53,649 bases of DNA. Source: Defluviitaleaceae bacterium. Its GTDB lineage: Bacteria > Bacillota > Clostridia > Lachnospirales > WRAX01. This document shows, piece after piece, positions 16,751-26,251 of the stretch (positions within the stretch are counted from its first letter, which is position 1; each line of letters opens with the position of its first letter). A program made the translations under genes and the position numbers. The notes under the pieces are model-generated. The model searched no databases and was not told the origin of the DNA. It saw nothing but the letters and a program-made list of their open reading frames with translations. The stretch lies in the NCBI GenBank assembly GCA_009781625.1, contig WQVI01000001.1, positions 1 through 53,649 of the forward strand. The letters run 5' to 3'.

Positions 16751-16965
16751 AATATCCTCCTAAAAATAAAAAATCCTTTTCTGCACGGAAAAGGACCACA
16801 AGCAAAAGCAAGTATGCTTATTAATCCAACTCCATCACAAATCAAACCATAGAAAGCCATGGCCTTGCTAACTATTTGCATTGGTAAATTGGATTAATAA
16901 AAGATCGGCCCCACCCCTTTCGCTTTAGTATTCGCATTATACCATGGTATGTACCAGATAGTCAA
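16751..16965 (-). promoter_or_regulatory. Promoter, ~170-nt structured leader and intrinsic terminator upstream of the MBL gene; candidate riboswitch or attenuator of unknown class
   Basis: Minus strand reads TTGACT (16965-16960), 18-nt spacer with TGG, TATAAT (16941-16936). A long-range stem pairs ttattaatccaa with ttggattaataa (16889-16900 with 16818-29). The hairpin GGTCCTTTTCCGTGCAGAAAAGGA plus TTTTTTATTTTT (16796-16763) lies directly before the SD AGGAGG. Confidence 0.5.
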
Positions 16966-17008
16966 TAAAATTTCAAAGAATCATACAAGAAAAAATATTG
17001 CAATTGTA

Positions 17009-17037
17009 TTGCAGAAGTTGCCATGGCGTGTTACAAT
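17009..17037 (+). promoter_or_regulatory. Sigma-A type promoter upstream of uvrB
   Basis: TTGCAG, 17-nt spacer, TACAAT. Confidence 0.4.
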
Positions 17038-17072
17038 AAAGGATGGATTTTTTGCAAGGATGGTGGTGTAAC

Positions 17073-19055
17073 ATGGAAAAATTTCGTTTAATATCAGATT
17101 TTGCCCCCACAGGCGACCAGCCCGAGGCCATAGACGCCTTGGTGGCCGGCTTTGAAGGCGGCAATAAGTTTGCTACGCTGCTAGGCGTTACAGGAAGCGG
17201 CAAAACCTTCACCGTGGCCAATATTATACAGCGTCTCCAACGCCCCACCATCGTCATGGCCCATAACAAGACGCTGGCGGCGCAGCTTTACAATGAATTT
17301 AAAGAATTTTTCCCGCACAACGCCGTGGAATATTTTGTTAGTTATTATGATTATTACCAGCCCGAGGCCTATGTGCCTTCGTCTGACACATATATCGAAA
17401 AAGACAGCAGCATCAATGATGAAATTGACAAACTGCGCCACAGCGCCACAGCCGCCATCGCGGAGAGGCGCGACGTTGTCATCATCGCCTCTGTTTCCTG
17501 TATTTACGGCCTTGGCAGCCCGATAGACTATAAAAACCTAGTAATTTCCCTGCGCCCCGGCCAAATGCGCGACCGTGACGAGCTTTTGCGCCGCCTTGTG
17601 GACATACAATATAATCGAAACGACCTCAACTTCCAGCGCGGCACCTTCCGCGTGCGCGGCGATGTGGTGGTGATTTTCCCCGCAAATTCTGATGGCATGG
17701 CCTATCGCGTAGAATTTTTTGGCGATGAAATAGAGCGTATCAACGAAATCGACAGCCTTACAGGCGAAATTACCGCCGCACGCACCCATATTTCAATTTT
17801 CCCCGCGTCCCATTATGTTACAACCAAAGAAAATCTAGAGCGCGCCATTGCCGACATTGAAGAAGAGCTGGCAGGGCATATCACCTATCTAAAAGGGCAG
17901 GACAGGCTTCTGGAAGCCCAGCGCATTGCCCAGCGCACCCGTTACGACATTGAAATGATGCGCGAAATGGGCTTTTGCAGCGGCATCGAAAACTACAGCC
18001 GCCACCTCGTGGGCGGCAAAGCCGGCGACCCACCTCATACCTTGCTGGACTACTTCCCCGACGACTTTCTAATCGTCGTGGACGAAAGCCATGTCACCCT
18101 ACCCCAGTTTCGCGGCATGTACCTAGGCGATAGAAGCCGCAAAGAAACCCTGGTAGATCACGGCTTCCGCCTGCCATCCGCTATGGACAACCGCCCTCTG
18201 CGCTTTGACGAATTTGAAGGCAAAATACAGCAAATGCTATTTGTTTCCGCCACGCCATCGGTATACGAGCGTGAAAACGGCCAGCTGCTGGCAGAACAAA
18301 TTATACGCCCAACAGGCCTTGTAGACCCCATCATCGACGTGCGCCCAATAAACGGCCAAATTGACGACCTAATGAACGAAATCCGCAAAGTGACAGAAGC
18401 CGGCCGTAAAGTCCTGATAACCACTCTCACAAAACGCATGGCCGAAGACTTGACAGACTACCTTAAAACCAGCGGCATTGCCGTACGCTATCTGCATTCC
18501 GACATCAAAACCTTAGAGCGTCTGGAAATTATCCGCGACTTACGCATGGATGTTTTCGACGTCCTAGTAGGCATAAACCTTCTGCGCGAAGGGCTGGACA
18601 TACCCGAAGTAGCCCTTGTCGCTATCTTGGACGCCGACAAAGAGGGCTACCTTCGCAGCGAAACCTCCCTGGTGCAAACCGTGGGCCGCGCGGCCCGCAA
18701 CGCCGACGGCCGCGTCATCATGTACGCCGACCGCATGACAAAATCCATGCATTACGCCATCAGCGAAACCAACCGCCGCCGCAACATCCAGATGGAATAC
18801 AACGAGCGCAACGGCATAACCCCCCAAACCATCACAAAAAAGGTACACGACATCATACAAGCCACAATCTCCGTGGACGACACGAAGAAGAAAGGGCCAA
18901 AACTGGACAAAGACCCCGAAAGCATGAGCCGCGAAGAGCTTATAGCCCATATCAAAGGCATAGAAAAAGACATGAAGCAGGCCGCAATGGACTTGCATTT
19001 CGAGCGTGCGGCGCAGCTGCGCGACAAGCTGTTTAAGATGAAGAAACTGCTGTAA
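17073..19055 (+). CDS. uvrB: Excinuclease ABC subunit B
   Basis: [20 protein letters not shown]...[10 protein letters not shown] plus a C-terminal UVR domain. Start is taken at the internal ATG matching UvrB N-termini. Confidence 0.97.
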   Translation: MEKFRLISDFAPTGDQPEAIDALVAGFEGGNKFATLLGVTGSGKTFTVANIIQRLQRPTIVMAHNKTLAAQLYNEFKEFFPHNAVEYFVSYYDYYQPEAYVPSSDTYIEKDSSINDEIDKLRHSATAAIAERRDVVIIASVSCIYGLGSPIDYKNLVISLRPGQMRDRDELLRRLVDIQYNRNDLNFQRGTFRVRGDVVVIFPANSDGMAYRVEFFGDEIERINEIDSLTGEITAARTHISIFPASHYVTTKENLERAIADIEEELAGHITYLKGQDRLLEAQRIAQRTRYDIEMMREMGFCSGIENYSRHLVGGKAGDPPHTLLDYFPDDFLIVVDESHVTLPQFRGMYLGDRSRKETLVDHGFRLPSAMDNRPLRFDEFEGKIQQMLFVSATPSVYERENGQLLAEQIIRPTGLVDPIIDVRPINGQIDDLMNEIRKVTEAGRKVLITTLTKRMAEDLTDYLKTSGIAVRYLHSDIKTLERLEIIRDLRMDVFDVLVGINLLREGLDIPEVALVAILDADKEGYLRSETSLVQTVGRAARNADGRVIMYADRMTKSMHYAISETNRRRNIQMEYNERNGITPQTITKKVHDIIQATISVDDTKKKGPKLDKDPESMSREELIAHIKGIEKDMKQAAMDLHFERAAQLRDKLFKMKKLL

Positions 19056-19068
19056 AAAGGAGAATATC

Positions 19069-19614
19069 ATGCTAAAATTGCAAGGAGAGAGAATATATCT
19101 GGCGGCCCTGGAGCGTGAAGACTGGAAAAAGCTCCATCTAAATATGGAATATGACTTTGATAATCCCACAGAGACAGTTGGCTTTGGTCTCTCAGTGGAG
19201 CAAGCAGAGGCGCGGTTTGAAGAGATTCAAAAGAAGGTCAAAAAAGGTATCCACGTGTACTTGGGAGTATTTTTGAATGACGGCGAAGTTATCGGCGATG
19301 TCGTGTTGCAACGTATTGACAAAACCAATCGCTCCTGCTCATTGGGAATGGGCTTTGCCAAGGCTCAGCACCGCAATACGGGCTATGGCACCGAAGCCGC
19401 AAAGCTGGCCCTAAGATATGGCTTCCACAACCTAGGCCTAGAGCGCATCTGGGCTTCCACATACGAAATTAACACATCCGCCCAAAAACTTATGGAGAAA
19501 ACCGGCTTCACCCTGGAAGGCGTACACCGCAAAGCAGTATATTTCTGTGGCAGGCGCGTTGACGAACACTATTACGGCATATTAAAAGACGAATTCGAGG
19601 CTAACAGAAAATGA
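19069..19614 (+). CDS. GNAT family N-acetyltransferase (RimJ/RimL-like)
   Basis: 181 aa with QHRNTGYGTEAAKLALRYGF, an acetyl-CoA binding-like motif. Confidence 0.75.
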   Translation: MLKLQGERIYLAALEREDWKKLHLNMEYDFDNPTETVGFGLSVEQAEARFEEIQKKVKKGIHVYLGVFLNDGEVIGDVVLQRIDKTNRSCSLGMGFAKAQHRNTGYGTEAAKLALRYGFHNLGLERIWASTYEINTSAQKLMEKTGFTLEGVHRKAVYFCGRRVDEHYYGILKDEFEANRK

Positions 19615-20144
19615 ACATACCATATCCAGGCAGCTTCGCTTTCGTGCAAATACTCGGAATAATCACCCTCATCCTATTCGTCATCTCCGTGCAGCAACGC
19701 AAAAAAGAAAATTTCCTCTTGTTCCAAATAGCCGGAACATTGTTGTTCATCTTGCAATATGTACTAACGGGCAGCTACACAGCCGCAATATTGTTTACAA
19801 TAGTCCTCATCCGCGGCCTGGTGTTTTTCTACTATAAGAAGAAAGGCCTAAAGCCATCCCGTGCAGTGTTAATCATATTTCTGACTGCCCTAGGCATTTC
19901 CACCATCATTTCGTGGCAAAACATCCTAAGCATCATGCCGCTTATAGCCACAGCCGCAAAAACCTGGGGCACCTGGCAAGACAACATGGGCCACACCCGC
20001 AAAACATCCCTGCTTGCCCAAAGCAGCATGATTATTTATAACCTATCGGCCCATATATACACAGGGGCGTTGACAGAGGCCTGCAACTTAGTATCAACCA
20101 TAATCGCCATTAAGCGATACGACTTTTACAAAGAAAAACCTTAG
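19611..20144 (+). CDS. YgjV-like inner membrane protein
   Basis: ~177 aa with 5-6 TM helices and a pattern resembling the YgjV family. Assignment is from memory only. Confidence 0.5.
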   Translation: MNIPYPGSFAFVQILGIITLILFVISVQQRKKENFLLFQIAGTLLFILQYVLTGSYTAAILFTIVLIRGLVFFYYKKKGLKPSRAVLIIFLTALGISTIISWQNILSIMPLIATAAKTWGTWQDNMGHTRKTSLLAQSSMIIYNLSAHIYTGALTEACNLVSTIIAIKRYDFYKEKP

Positions 20145-20161
20145 CGAAAGAGGGAAAACAA

Positions 20162-22996
20162 GTGTCGAAAAACAAAATTGTGATAAAGGGCGCAAGAGAA
20201 AACAATTTGAAAAACATAGATTTAGAGATACCACGGGATGCGCTGGTGGTGCTGACGGGGGTTTCGGGCAGCGGCAAAAGTAGCCTGGCCTTTGAGACGC
20301 TGTATGCCGAAGGGCAACGGCGTTATATGGAAAGCCTTTCCAGCTATGCGCGCCAATTCCTAGGGCAGATGGAAAAGCCCGATGTAGATTCGATAGAGGG
20401 CTTGTCGCCTGCCATATCCATAGACCAAAAGAGCACAAACCAAAACCCCCGCTCTACCGTAGGCACGGTTACAGAAATTTACGATTATCTGCGCCTGCTT
20501 TTCGCCCGCGTAGGCATCCCCCATTGCCCAAAATGCGGCAGGGAGATTACGAAACAAACCGTAGACCAAATTGTTGACCAAATTATGGAGCTTGCCGAGG
20601 GCACGCGCTTGCAGCTGCTGGCCCCTGTGGTGCGCGCCCGTAAAGGCGAGCATACCAAGCTACTGGACGACGCCAAACGCAGTGGCTACACCCGCGTGCG
20701 CGTAAACGGCATAGTACAAGAACTTGCCGACGAAATAAAGTTGGACAAAAACAAGCGCCACAGCATTGAAATTGTAGTGGACAGGCTTGTGGTAAAAGAT
20801 GGCGTGCAAAAGCGGCTTTCAGAATCCGTCGAGACCGTAATGGGCCTTACGGACGGCATTTTGCTCGTGGACGTTAATGGCGAGCGCGACCTCAGCTTCT
20901 CCCAAAACTTCTCCTGCCCGAACCACGGCATAAGCTTACCCGAAATAGAGCCCCGGATGTTTTCCTTTAATAATCCCCAAGGTGCCTGCCCCGAATGCAG
21001 CGGCCTTGGCTTTAAAATGGAATTTGACCCCGATTTGATAGTGCCAAATCCCGATCTTTCCATCGCCGGCGGCGCAATTGTCGCCCCCGGCTTTAACCAG
21101 GCAGGCAATTCCGGCAGTTGGGGCGGCAATGTACTGGCCCATTTGGCAAAGCATTACAACTTCAACCTCAATATCCCATTTAAGAAACTTGGGCTGGAGA
21201 CGCGCCGCATCATCCTTTACGGAAACGACGGCGAGGCCTTCCCCACACAATATAAAGGCGTGGACGGCCAGCCCAGGGTGTTTATGCACCATTGGGAAGG
21301 CATCATCCCCGCCCTTGCGCGCCGCTATAAAGAGACAGGCAGCGATTGGAGCAAGCAGCATTACGAAGGCTTTATCACCAATATCGAATGTGACGCCTGC
21401 CATGGCAAGCGTCTTCGCGAGGAGATGCTGGCAGTGACGGTGGGCGGCACAAATATCGCCGACATATCTACCATGCCTGTTGCGCGCCTTAGCCAATTTT
21501 TCAACGAGCTGCGGCTTTCCCCAATGCACACCACCATCGCAGAGCGTATCTTGAAAGAAATTAAGGCCCGCGCCGGCTTTTTGGTGGATGTTGGCCTGGA
21601 TTATTTGACGCTGGCACGCGCTGCGGGCACCCTTTCAGGCGGCGAGGCCCAGCGCATACGCCTTGCAACCCAGATAGGCAGCGGCCTTGTGGGCGTTGTG
21701 TATATTTTGGACGAGCCCAGCATAGGCCTGCACCAGCGCGACAACGACAAGCTGCTAAAGACGCTGAAACACCTGCGAGACCTGGGCAATACCCTCATCG
21801 TGGTGGAGCACGACGAGGACACCATGCGAGAAAGCGACCATATAGTGGACATCGGCCCCGGTGCTGGCGCATATGGCGGCGAGGTAGTATTTAACGGCAC
21901 CGTGGAAGATATATTAACCGCCGACACCGTAACGGGTGAGTACATGAGCGGTCGCAAGAAAATTGATGTTCCAAAGGAGCGCAGGAAGGAAAACGGCAAG
22001 AAACTGTCAATAATTGGTGCCTGCGAAAATAACCTAAAAAATGTGGATGTAGAAATTCCTCTGGGGATTTTTGTCTGCATCACCGGTGTGTCGGGCAGCG
22101 GCAAGTCCAGCCTTATCAACGAAATTTTGTACAAGCGCTTGGCGCGAGACCTTAACCGCGCGAAAATCAAGCCCGGTAAGCACGAAGACATCAGCGGACA
22201 AGAGCATCTGGATAAAATTATCAACATAGACCAAAGCCCCATAGGCCGCACGCCACGAAGTAATCCCGCCACATACACGGGCTTATTTGACCTTGTGCGC
22301 GACCTTTTTTCAGCAACGCCGGAAGCTAAGGTGCGCGGTTATCAAAAGGGACGCTTTAGCTTTAACGTAAAGGGCGGCCGCTGCGAGGCCTGCAATGGCG
22401 ACGGCATGATAAAAATTGAAATGCACTTTTTGCCCGACATCCACGTGCCTTGCGAAATTTGCCATGGCAAGCGATATAACCGCGAGACGCTGGAAGTGCG
22501 CTACAAAGACAAGAATATCGCCGACGTGCTGGACATGACTGTGGACGAAGCCCTAACATTTTTTGAGAACCTACCCCGCCTGCGCGAAAAAATACAGACG
22601 CTACACGACGTGGGTCTGTCCTATGTGAAGCTTGGCCAATCCTCCACCACCCTTTCAGGCGGCGAGGCCCAGCGCGTAAAGCTGGCCACAGAGCTTTCCC
22701 GCCGCAACACAGGCAAAACCATTTATGTGCTGGACGAGCCCACAACAGGCCTGCATATGGCTGATGTCCACAAACTGGTAGACATTTTGCAAAAACTAAC
22801 GGACGGCGGCAACACCGTCGTTGTAATAGAGCATAACCTAGACGTCATCAAAACAGCAGACTATATCATAGACTTAGGCCCAGAAGGCGGCGATGGCGGC
22901 GGCATGGTAGTAGCCAGCGGCACGCCGGAGCAAGTGGCAAAAAGCAAAAAATCCTACACAGGCCATTACCTGAAGAAGGCCCTGAAGCGCAAATAG
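20162..22996 (+). CDS. uvrA: Excinuclease ABC subunit A
   Basis: 944 aa with two ABC modules ([20 protein letters not shown] twice) and zinc-finger Cys clusters. GTG start. Confidence 0.97.
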   Translation: MSKNKIVIKGARENNLKNIDLEIPRDALVVLTGVSGSGKSSLAFETLYAEGQRRYMESLSSYARQFLGQMEKPDVDSIEGLSPAISIDQKSTNQNPRSTVGTVTEIYDYLRLLFARVGIPHCPKCGREITKQTVDQIVDQIMELAEGTRLQLLAPVVRARKGEHTKLLDDAKRSGYTRVRVNGIVQELADEIKLDKNKRHSIEIVVDRLVVKDGVQKRLSESVETVMGLTDGILLVDVNGERDLSFSQNFSCPNHGISLPEIEPRMFSFNNPQGACPECSGLGFKMEFDPDLIVPNPDLSIAGGAIVAPGFNQAGNSGSWGGNVLAHLAKHYNFNLNIPFKKLGLETRRIILYGNDGEAFPTQYKGVDGQPRVFMHHWEGIIPALARRYKETGSDWSKQHYEGFITNIECDACHGKRLREEMLAVTVGGTNIADISTMPVARLSQFFNELRLSPMHTTIAERILKEIKARAGFLVDVGLDYLTLARAAGTLSGGEAQRIRLATQIGSGLVGVVYILDEPSIGLHQRDNDKLLKTLKHLRDLGNTLIVVEHDEDTMRESDHIVDIGPGAGAYGGEVVFNGTVEDILTADTVTGEYMSGRKKIDVPKERRKENGKKLSIIGACENNLKNVDVEIPLGIFVCITGVSGSGKSSLINEILYKRLARDLNRAKIKPGKHEDISGQEHLDKIINIDQSPIGRTPRSNPATYTGLFDLVRDLFSATPEAKVRGYQKGRFSFNVKGGRCEACNGDGMIKIEMHFLPDIHVPCEICHGKRYNRETLEVRYKDKNIADVLDMTVDEALTFFENLPRLREKIQTLHDVGLSYVKLGQSSTTLSGGEAQRVKLATELSRRNTGKTIYVLDEPTTGLHMADVHKLVDILQKLTDGGNTVVVIEHNLDVIKTADYIIDLGPEGGDGGGMVVASGTPEQVAKSKKSYTGHYLKKALKRK

Positions 22997-23036
22997 GGCG
23001 GCTTGCAGACGCCCATAAATAAGGAGAACGCAGACC

Positions 23037-23690
23037 ATGGAAACCAAGCCCCTATTTTGGAACGACTGTTACACGCACGAATTTCAAGCCACTATCCTTG
23101 AAATCCGCACCAACTTCATAATCCTAAACGAAACCTACTTCTACCCCCAAGGCGGCGGACAGCCCGGCGACGTAGGCAACATCGCAGGCATCGCCATAAT
23201 CGACACAAAAAAGTCCGATGGCAAAATTCTCCATTATTTTGACGGCGAATGTAACCTCACCGCTGGCCAAACCGTGCAATGCGCCCTAGATTGGCCGCGC
23301 CGCTATACCCATATGCGCATACATGCCGCATCACATGTAATGGAATATTTCTTGCACGAGACTTGCGAAGGCCTAAAGTTTCTTAGCTCGTTTATTTCTG
23401 GCGGCAAAGATACAAGTGCATACGAAGTTGCAGAAGCCATAACGGCGGAGCATATTACCATCATAGAAGAGAAGACAAATGCTTTTATCAAAGAAAACCA
23501 CGAGATATTTTTATATGCGGATGAGGCCAAGCCAAGCTATCGTTACTGGAAATGCGGAGAAATTACCTATCCTTGTGGCGGCACGCATCCTAGAAATACA
23601 TCGGAAATTGGGGAAATAGCACTAAAAGTAAAGGGTCAAGCCAGTTTGGGCAAGCAAAAAATTGTCACCACACTAGGAGATTTGATATGA
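23037..23690 (+). CDS. Alanyl-tRNA editing protein (AlaX-like)
   Basis: HAASHVMEY and CGGTHPRNTSEIG, the editing-domain zinc motifs HxxxH and CxxxH. Confidence 0.75.
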   Translation: METKPLFWNDCYTHEFQATILEIRTNFIILNETYFYPQGGGQPGDVGNIAGIAIIDTKKSDGKILHYFDGECNLTAGQTVQCALDWPRRYTHMRIHAASHVMEYFLHETCEGLKFLSSFISGGKDTSAYEVAEAITAEHITIIEEKTNAFIKENHEIFLYADEAKPSYRYWKCGEITYPCGGTHPRNTSEIGEIALKVKGQASLGKQKIVTTLGDLI

Positions 23691-24451
23691 ACGACGATTT
23701 AAAGCTACACTATGAAGAAAATTACGAAGAAGACGGCCGCCTGCGCCGCAGCTACGGTCATTCTATTGAATTTCTAACTACGATACATTATTTTGACAAG
23801 ATTTTGCCGCCAAGCAGCCGCATTTTGGATATGTGCGCCGGTGGCGGCGAATATGCCTTCCATTTGGCAAATCGGGGCCATAAAGTCTTTGCCTGCGATT
23901 TGCTGGAAAAGCATGTCAATATCATGCGCGCCAAGCTGGATGCAAACAAACTAATCGGCATAGAAGCCGCCAATGCTCTGGATTTATCACGCTTTGATAC
24001 GGGCAGCTTTGACGTGGTGCTATGTATGGGCGCGCTGTATCATTTGTTTGACCCCACAGAGCGCGAAAAGTGCATAACAGAATCCCTGCGAGTACTCAAA
24101 AACGGCGGCATCTTCGCCTTTGCCTACATAAATCGCAACGGTGCATACATAGCCGACTTTTCCCGCGAAACCTATCCCATGGATACCTTGGCCGAAGTGA
24201 TGAAAACCGGCAAAAGCGGCGTGTTTTACGGGATGAACTTCGGCGAGGTTGATGCGCTGGTGGCCAAATTTCCAATAGAGAAAATTGCCAACATAGGCAC
24301 CAACGGCCTTCGTTATCCCTTGGCCTACAGAATAGATTCTGCTACAAATGACGAATTTGAAGCATATATGCAATACCATTTGGCTACCTGTGAAGAGCCG
24401 TCCATCATCGGCCACAGCCCTAATGGTCTGTGGCTTGGCAAAAAGTATTGA
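23687..24451 (+). CDS. Class I SAM-dependent methyltransferase
   Basis: ILDMCAGGGEYAFHLA (motif I), followed by VFACDL. Confidence 0.75.
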   Translation: MNDDLKLHYEENYEEDGRLRRSYGHSIEFLTTIHYFDKILPPSSRILDMCAGGGEYAFHLANRGHKVFACDLLEKHVNIMRAKLDANKLIGIEAANALDLSRFDTGSFDVVLCMGALYHLFDPTEREKCITESLRVLKNGGIFAFAYINRNGAYIADFSRETYPMDTLAEVMKTGKSGVFYGMNFGEVDALVAKFPIEKIANIGTNGLRYPLAYRIDSATNDEFEAYMQYHLATCEEPSIIGHSPNGLWLGKKY

Positions 24452-24466
24452 AAATAGGGGGATAAT

Positions 24467-24985
24467 ATGATATTATCAGGTTTAGAGATTGCAAAAAAGG
24501 CAGCCGAAGGCAAGGAAATTATCATACGCCCTTTTGCTCCCGAAAAAGTTGGACCAAACAGCTATGATTTGCGACTGGCAGACACATTAATTATCTACGA
24601 AGACGATATTTTGGATATGCGGCAGGCGGGCAAAACAAAAGAAATCATCATCCCCGAAGAAGGCTATGTTTTGCAGCCCGGCACCCTATATCTTGGCCGC
24701 ACTCTGGAATATACAGAAACCTACGGCTATGTGCCTATGCTTGAAGGACGCAGCAGCATGGGCCGCCTTGGCATCAGCATCCACATTACCGCGGGCTTTG
24801 GCGACGTTGGCTTTAAGGGCTTTTGGACGCTGGAGATACACTGTCTGCATCCCGTGCGCATTTACGCGGGAGAGCGCATTTGCCAGATATATTACCATAA
24901 AATCGAGGGTGACTATATACCCTATCAAGGCAAATATCAGGATAACACAGGCATACAAGCCAGCATGAAGTATAAGGATAGGTGA
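24467..24985 (+). CDS. dcd: dCTP deaminase
   Basis: MILSGLEIAKK...VGPNSYDLRL...EGRSSMGRLG and a dUTPase-like fold. Confidence 0.85.
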   Translation: MILSGLEIAKKAAEGKEIIIRPFAPEKVGPNSYDLRLADTLIIYEDDILDMRQAGKTKEIIIPEEGYVLQPGTLYLGRTLEYTETYGYVPMLEGRSSMGRLGISIHITAGFGDVGFKGFWTLEIHCLHPVRIYAGERICQIYYHKIEGDYIPYQGKYQDNTGIQASMKYKDR

Positions 24986-24991
24986 TATGCC

Positions 24992-26251
24992 ATGAAGGGC
25001 GCGAAGGTTGGCTTTTTCGCCAAAATGGTGGGTTGGATAAACAAATCGTATCCCTCTAAGAAAGAAGATGTGGTTGCACGCAAAAGCCGCTTTGAGGGCT
25101 TTTTAAACCACGGCAAAAAAGAGGGCAAAACAGGGGTGGTTATCGCCGTAAACCTTTGTGACGAGGCCCTGGACATTGTATCCGACCGCATAGCGCTGAT
25201 AAAACGTCTTGAAGCATTGGAAGAGCGCATGGCCGAAGTGGAATGCTATGCAGAGCTGACGGTCGAAGAGGCGGATAACCTAAAAGATTTGCTGGATAGC
25301 TACGCTACGTCGGCAAAAGAATCTAATGAGATAAAATACCAGCTAACAACTTTTGACAAAGACCTTGCACGCATGGAGCATCTAGGCAAAGACGCCCGGC
25401 AGGACTTGCCCGAGATAAAATTTGCAGAAGAGCGCAGGCGCATCTTCAAGCAGGATATAGACCACATCGAGGCCGAAAAAATTGCTTTGGAACACGAGGG
25501 CGAAAGGCTGAAAAACGCTGTAGACTTCATATATAAATTTTCCGTAGCCATGATAGTTTTCTTTGGCGGCCTAATGTTGATAACAGTGGCCTTGCACGTC
25601 TTTCGAGATGCACAGGTGATGCTGACACTTGCTATCCTGTTGGCCGTTGTCATCATCCTTTCGGCCATGATATATGTCCTGCGCCGCCGCCTAAAACACG
25701 AACTACACCTCAATTCCAAAAAACAGGCTCGCGCAGTAGAGCTTTTAAGCAAGAAAGGCGCCGTTTACGCCCACTTTACGAATTATCTAAATTACGAATA
25801 TAAAAGGTTTCACGTGGATGACAGCGAAATGTTGTCCGAGAATCTAACTGACTATGAAAATTACAAAAACTCCATAAAGCGGCTGGGCAATTTACAGGAT
25901 ATCATGTCTCAAGCCGAGGTGGCAATCGACCTTTTCCTCAAAGACAAAGGTATTGATATTAAATTTTCATCTATAGAAAATTTTGCCGCCACCCTAAATT
26001 TGGATGACAAAAAGCAATTTTATGAAGAGCTGTATCATGACAAAGGCCTCGTAGAAATGAGCCTTGCAGACCTTGACGCACGAAGCTCGCGAATATGGGA
26101 CACTTTGATGGACCTGCACGCCATAGGAAGTCGCGATACGGACATCATAGGCCAAATAATAGAAAGTTACACGGAAAAAGCAGAACGCATCCTTGATATG
26201 GATAGAGCCGAAGGCACTACAGCAATGGATGCGATGGAGGAAGGTCAATGA
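24992..26251 (+). CDS. Hypothetical membrane protein with coiled-coil regions
   Basis: 419 aa with two central TM helices (FSVAMIVFFGGLMLITVAL, LAILLAVVIILSAMIYVL) flanked by charged helical segments. The stop overlaps the valS start. Confidence 0.55.
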   Translation: MKGAKVGFFAKMVGWINKSYPSKKEDVVARKSRFEGFLNHGKKEGKTGVVIAVNLCDEALDIVSDRIALIKRLEALEERMAEVECYAELTVEEADNLKDLLDSYATSAKESNEIKYQLTTFDKDLARMEHLGKDARQDLPEIKFAEERRRIFKQDIDHIEAEKIALEHEGERLKNAVDFIYKFSVAMIVFFGGLMLITVALHVFRDAQVMLTLAILLAVVIILSAMIYVLRRRLKHELHLNSKKQARAVELLSKKGAVYAHFTNYLNYEYKRFHVDDSEMLSENLTDYENYKNSIKRLGNLQDIMSQAEVAIDLFLKDKGIDIKFSSIENFAATLNLDDKKQFYEELYHDKGLVEMSLADLDARSSRIWDTLMDLHAIGSRDTDIIGQIIESYTEKAERILDMDRAEGTTAMDAMEEGQ

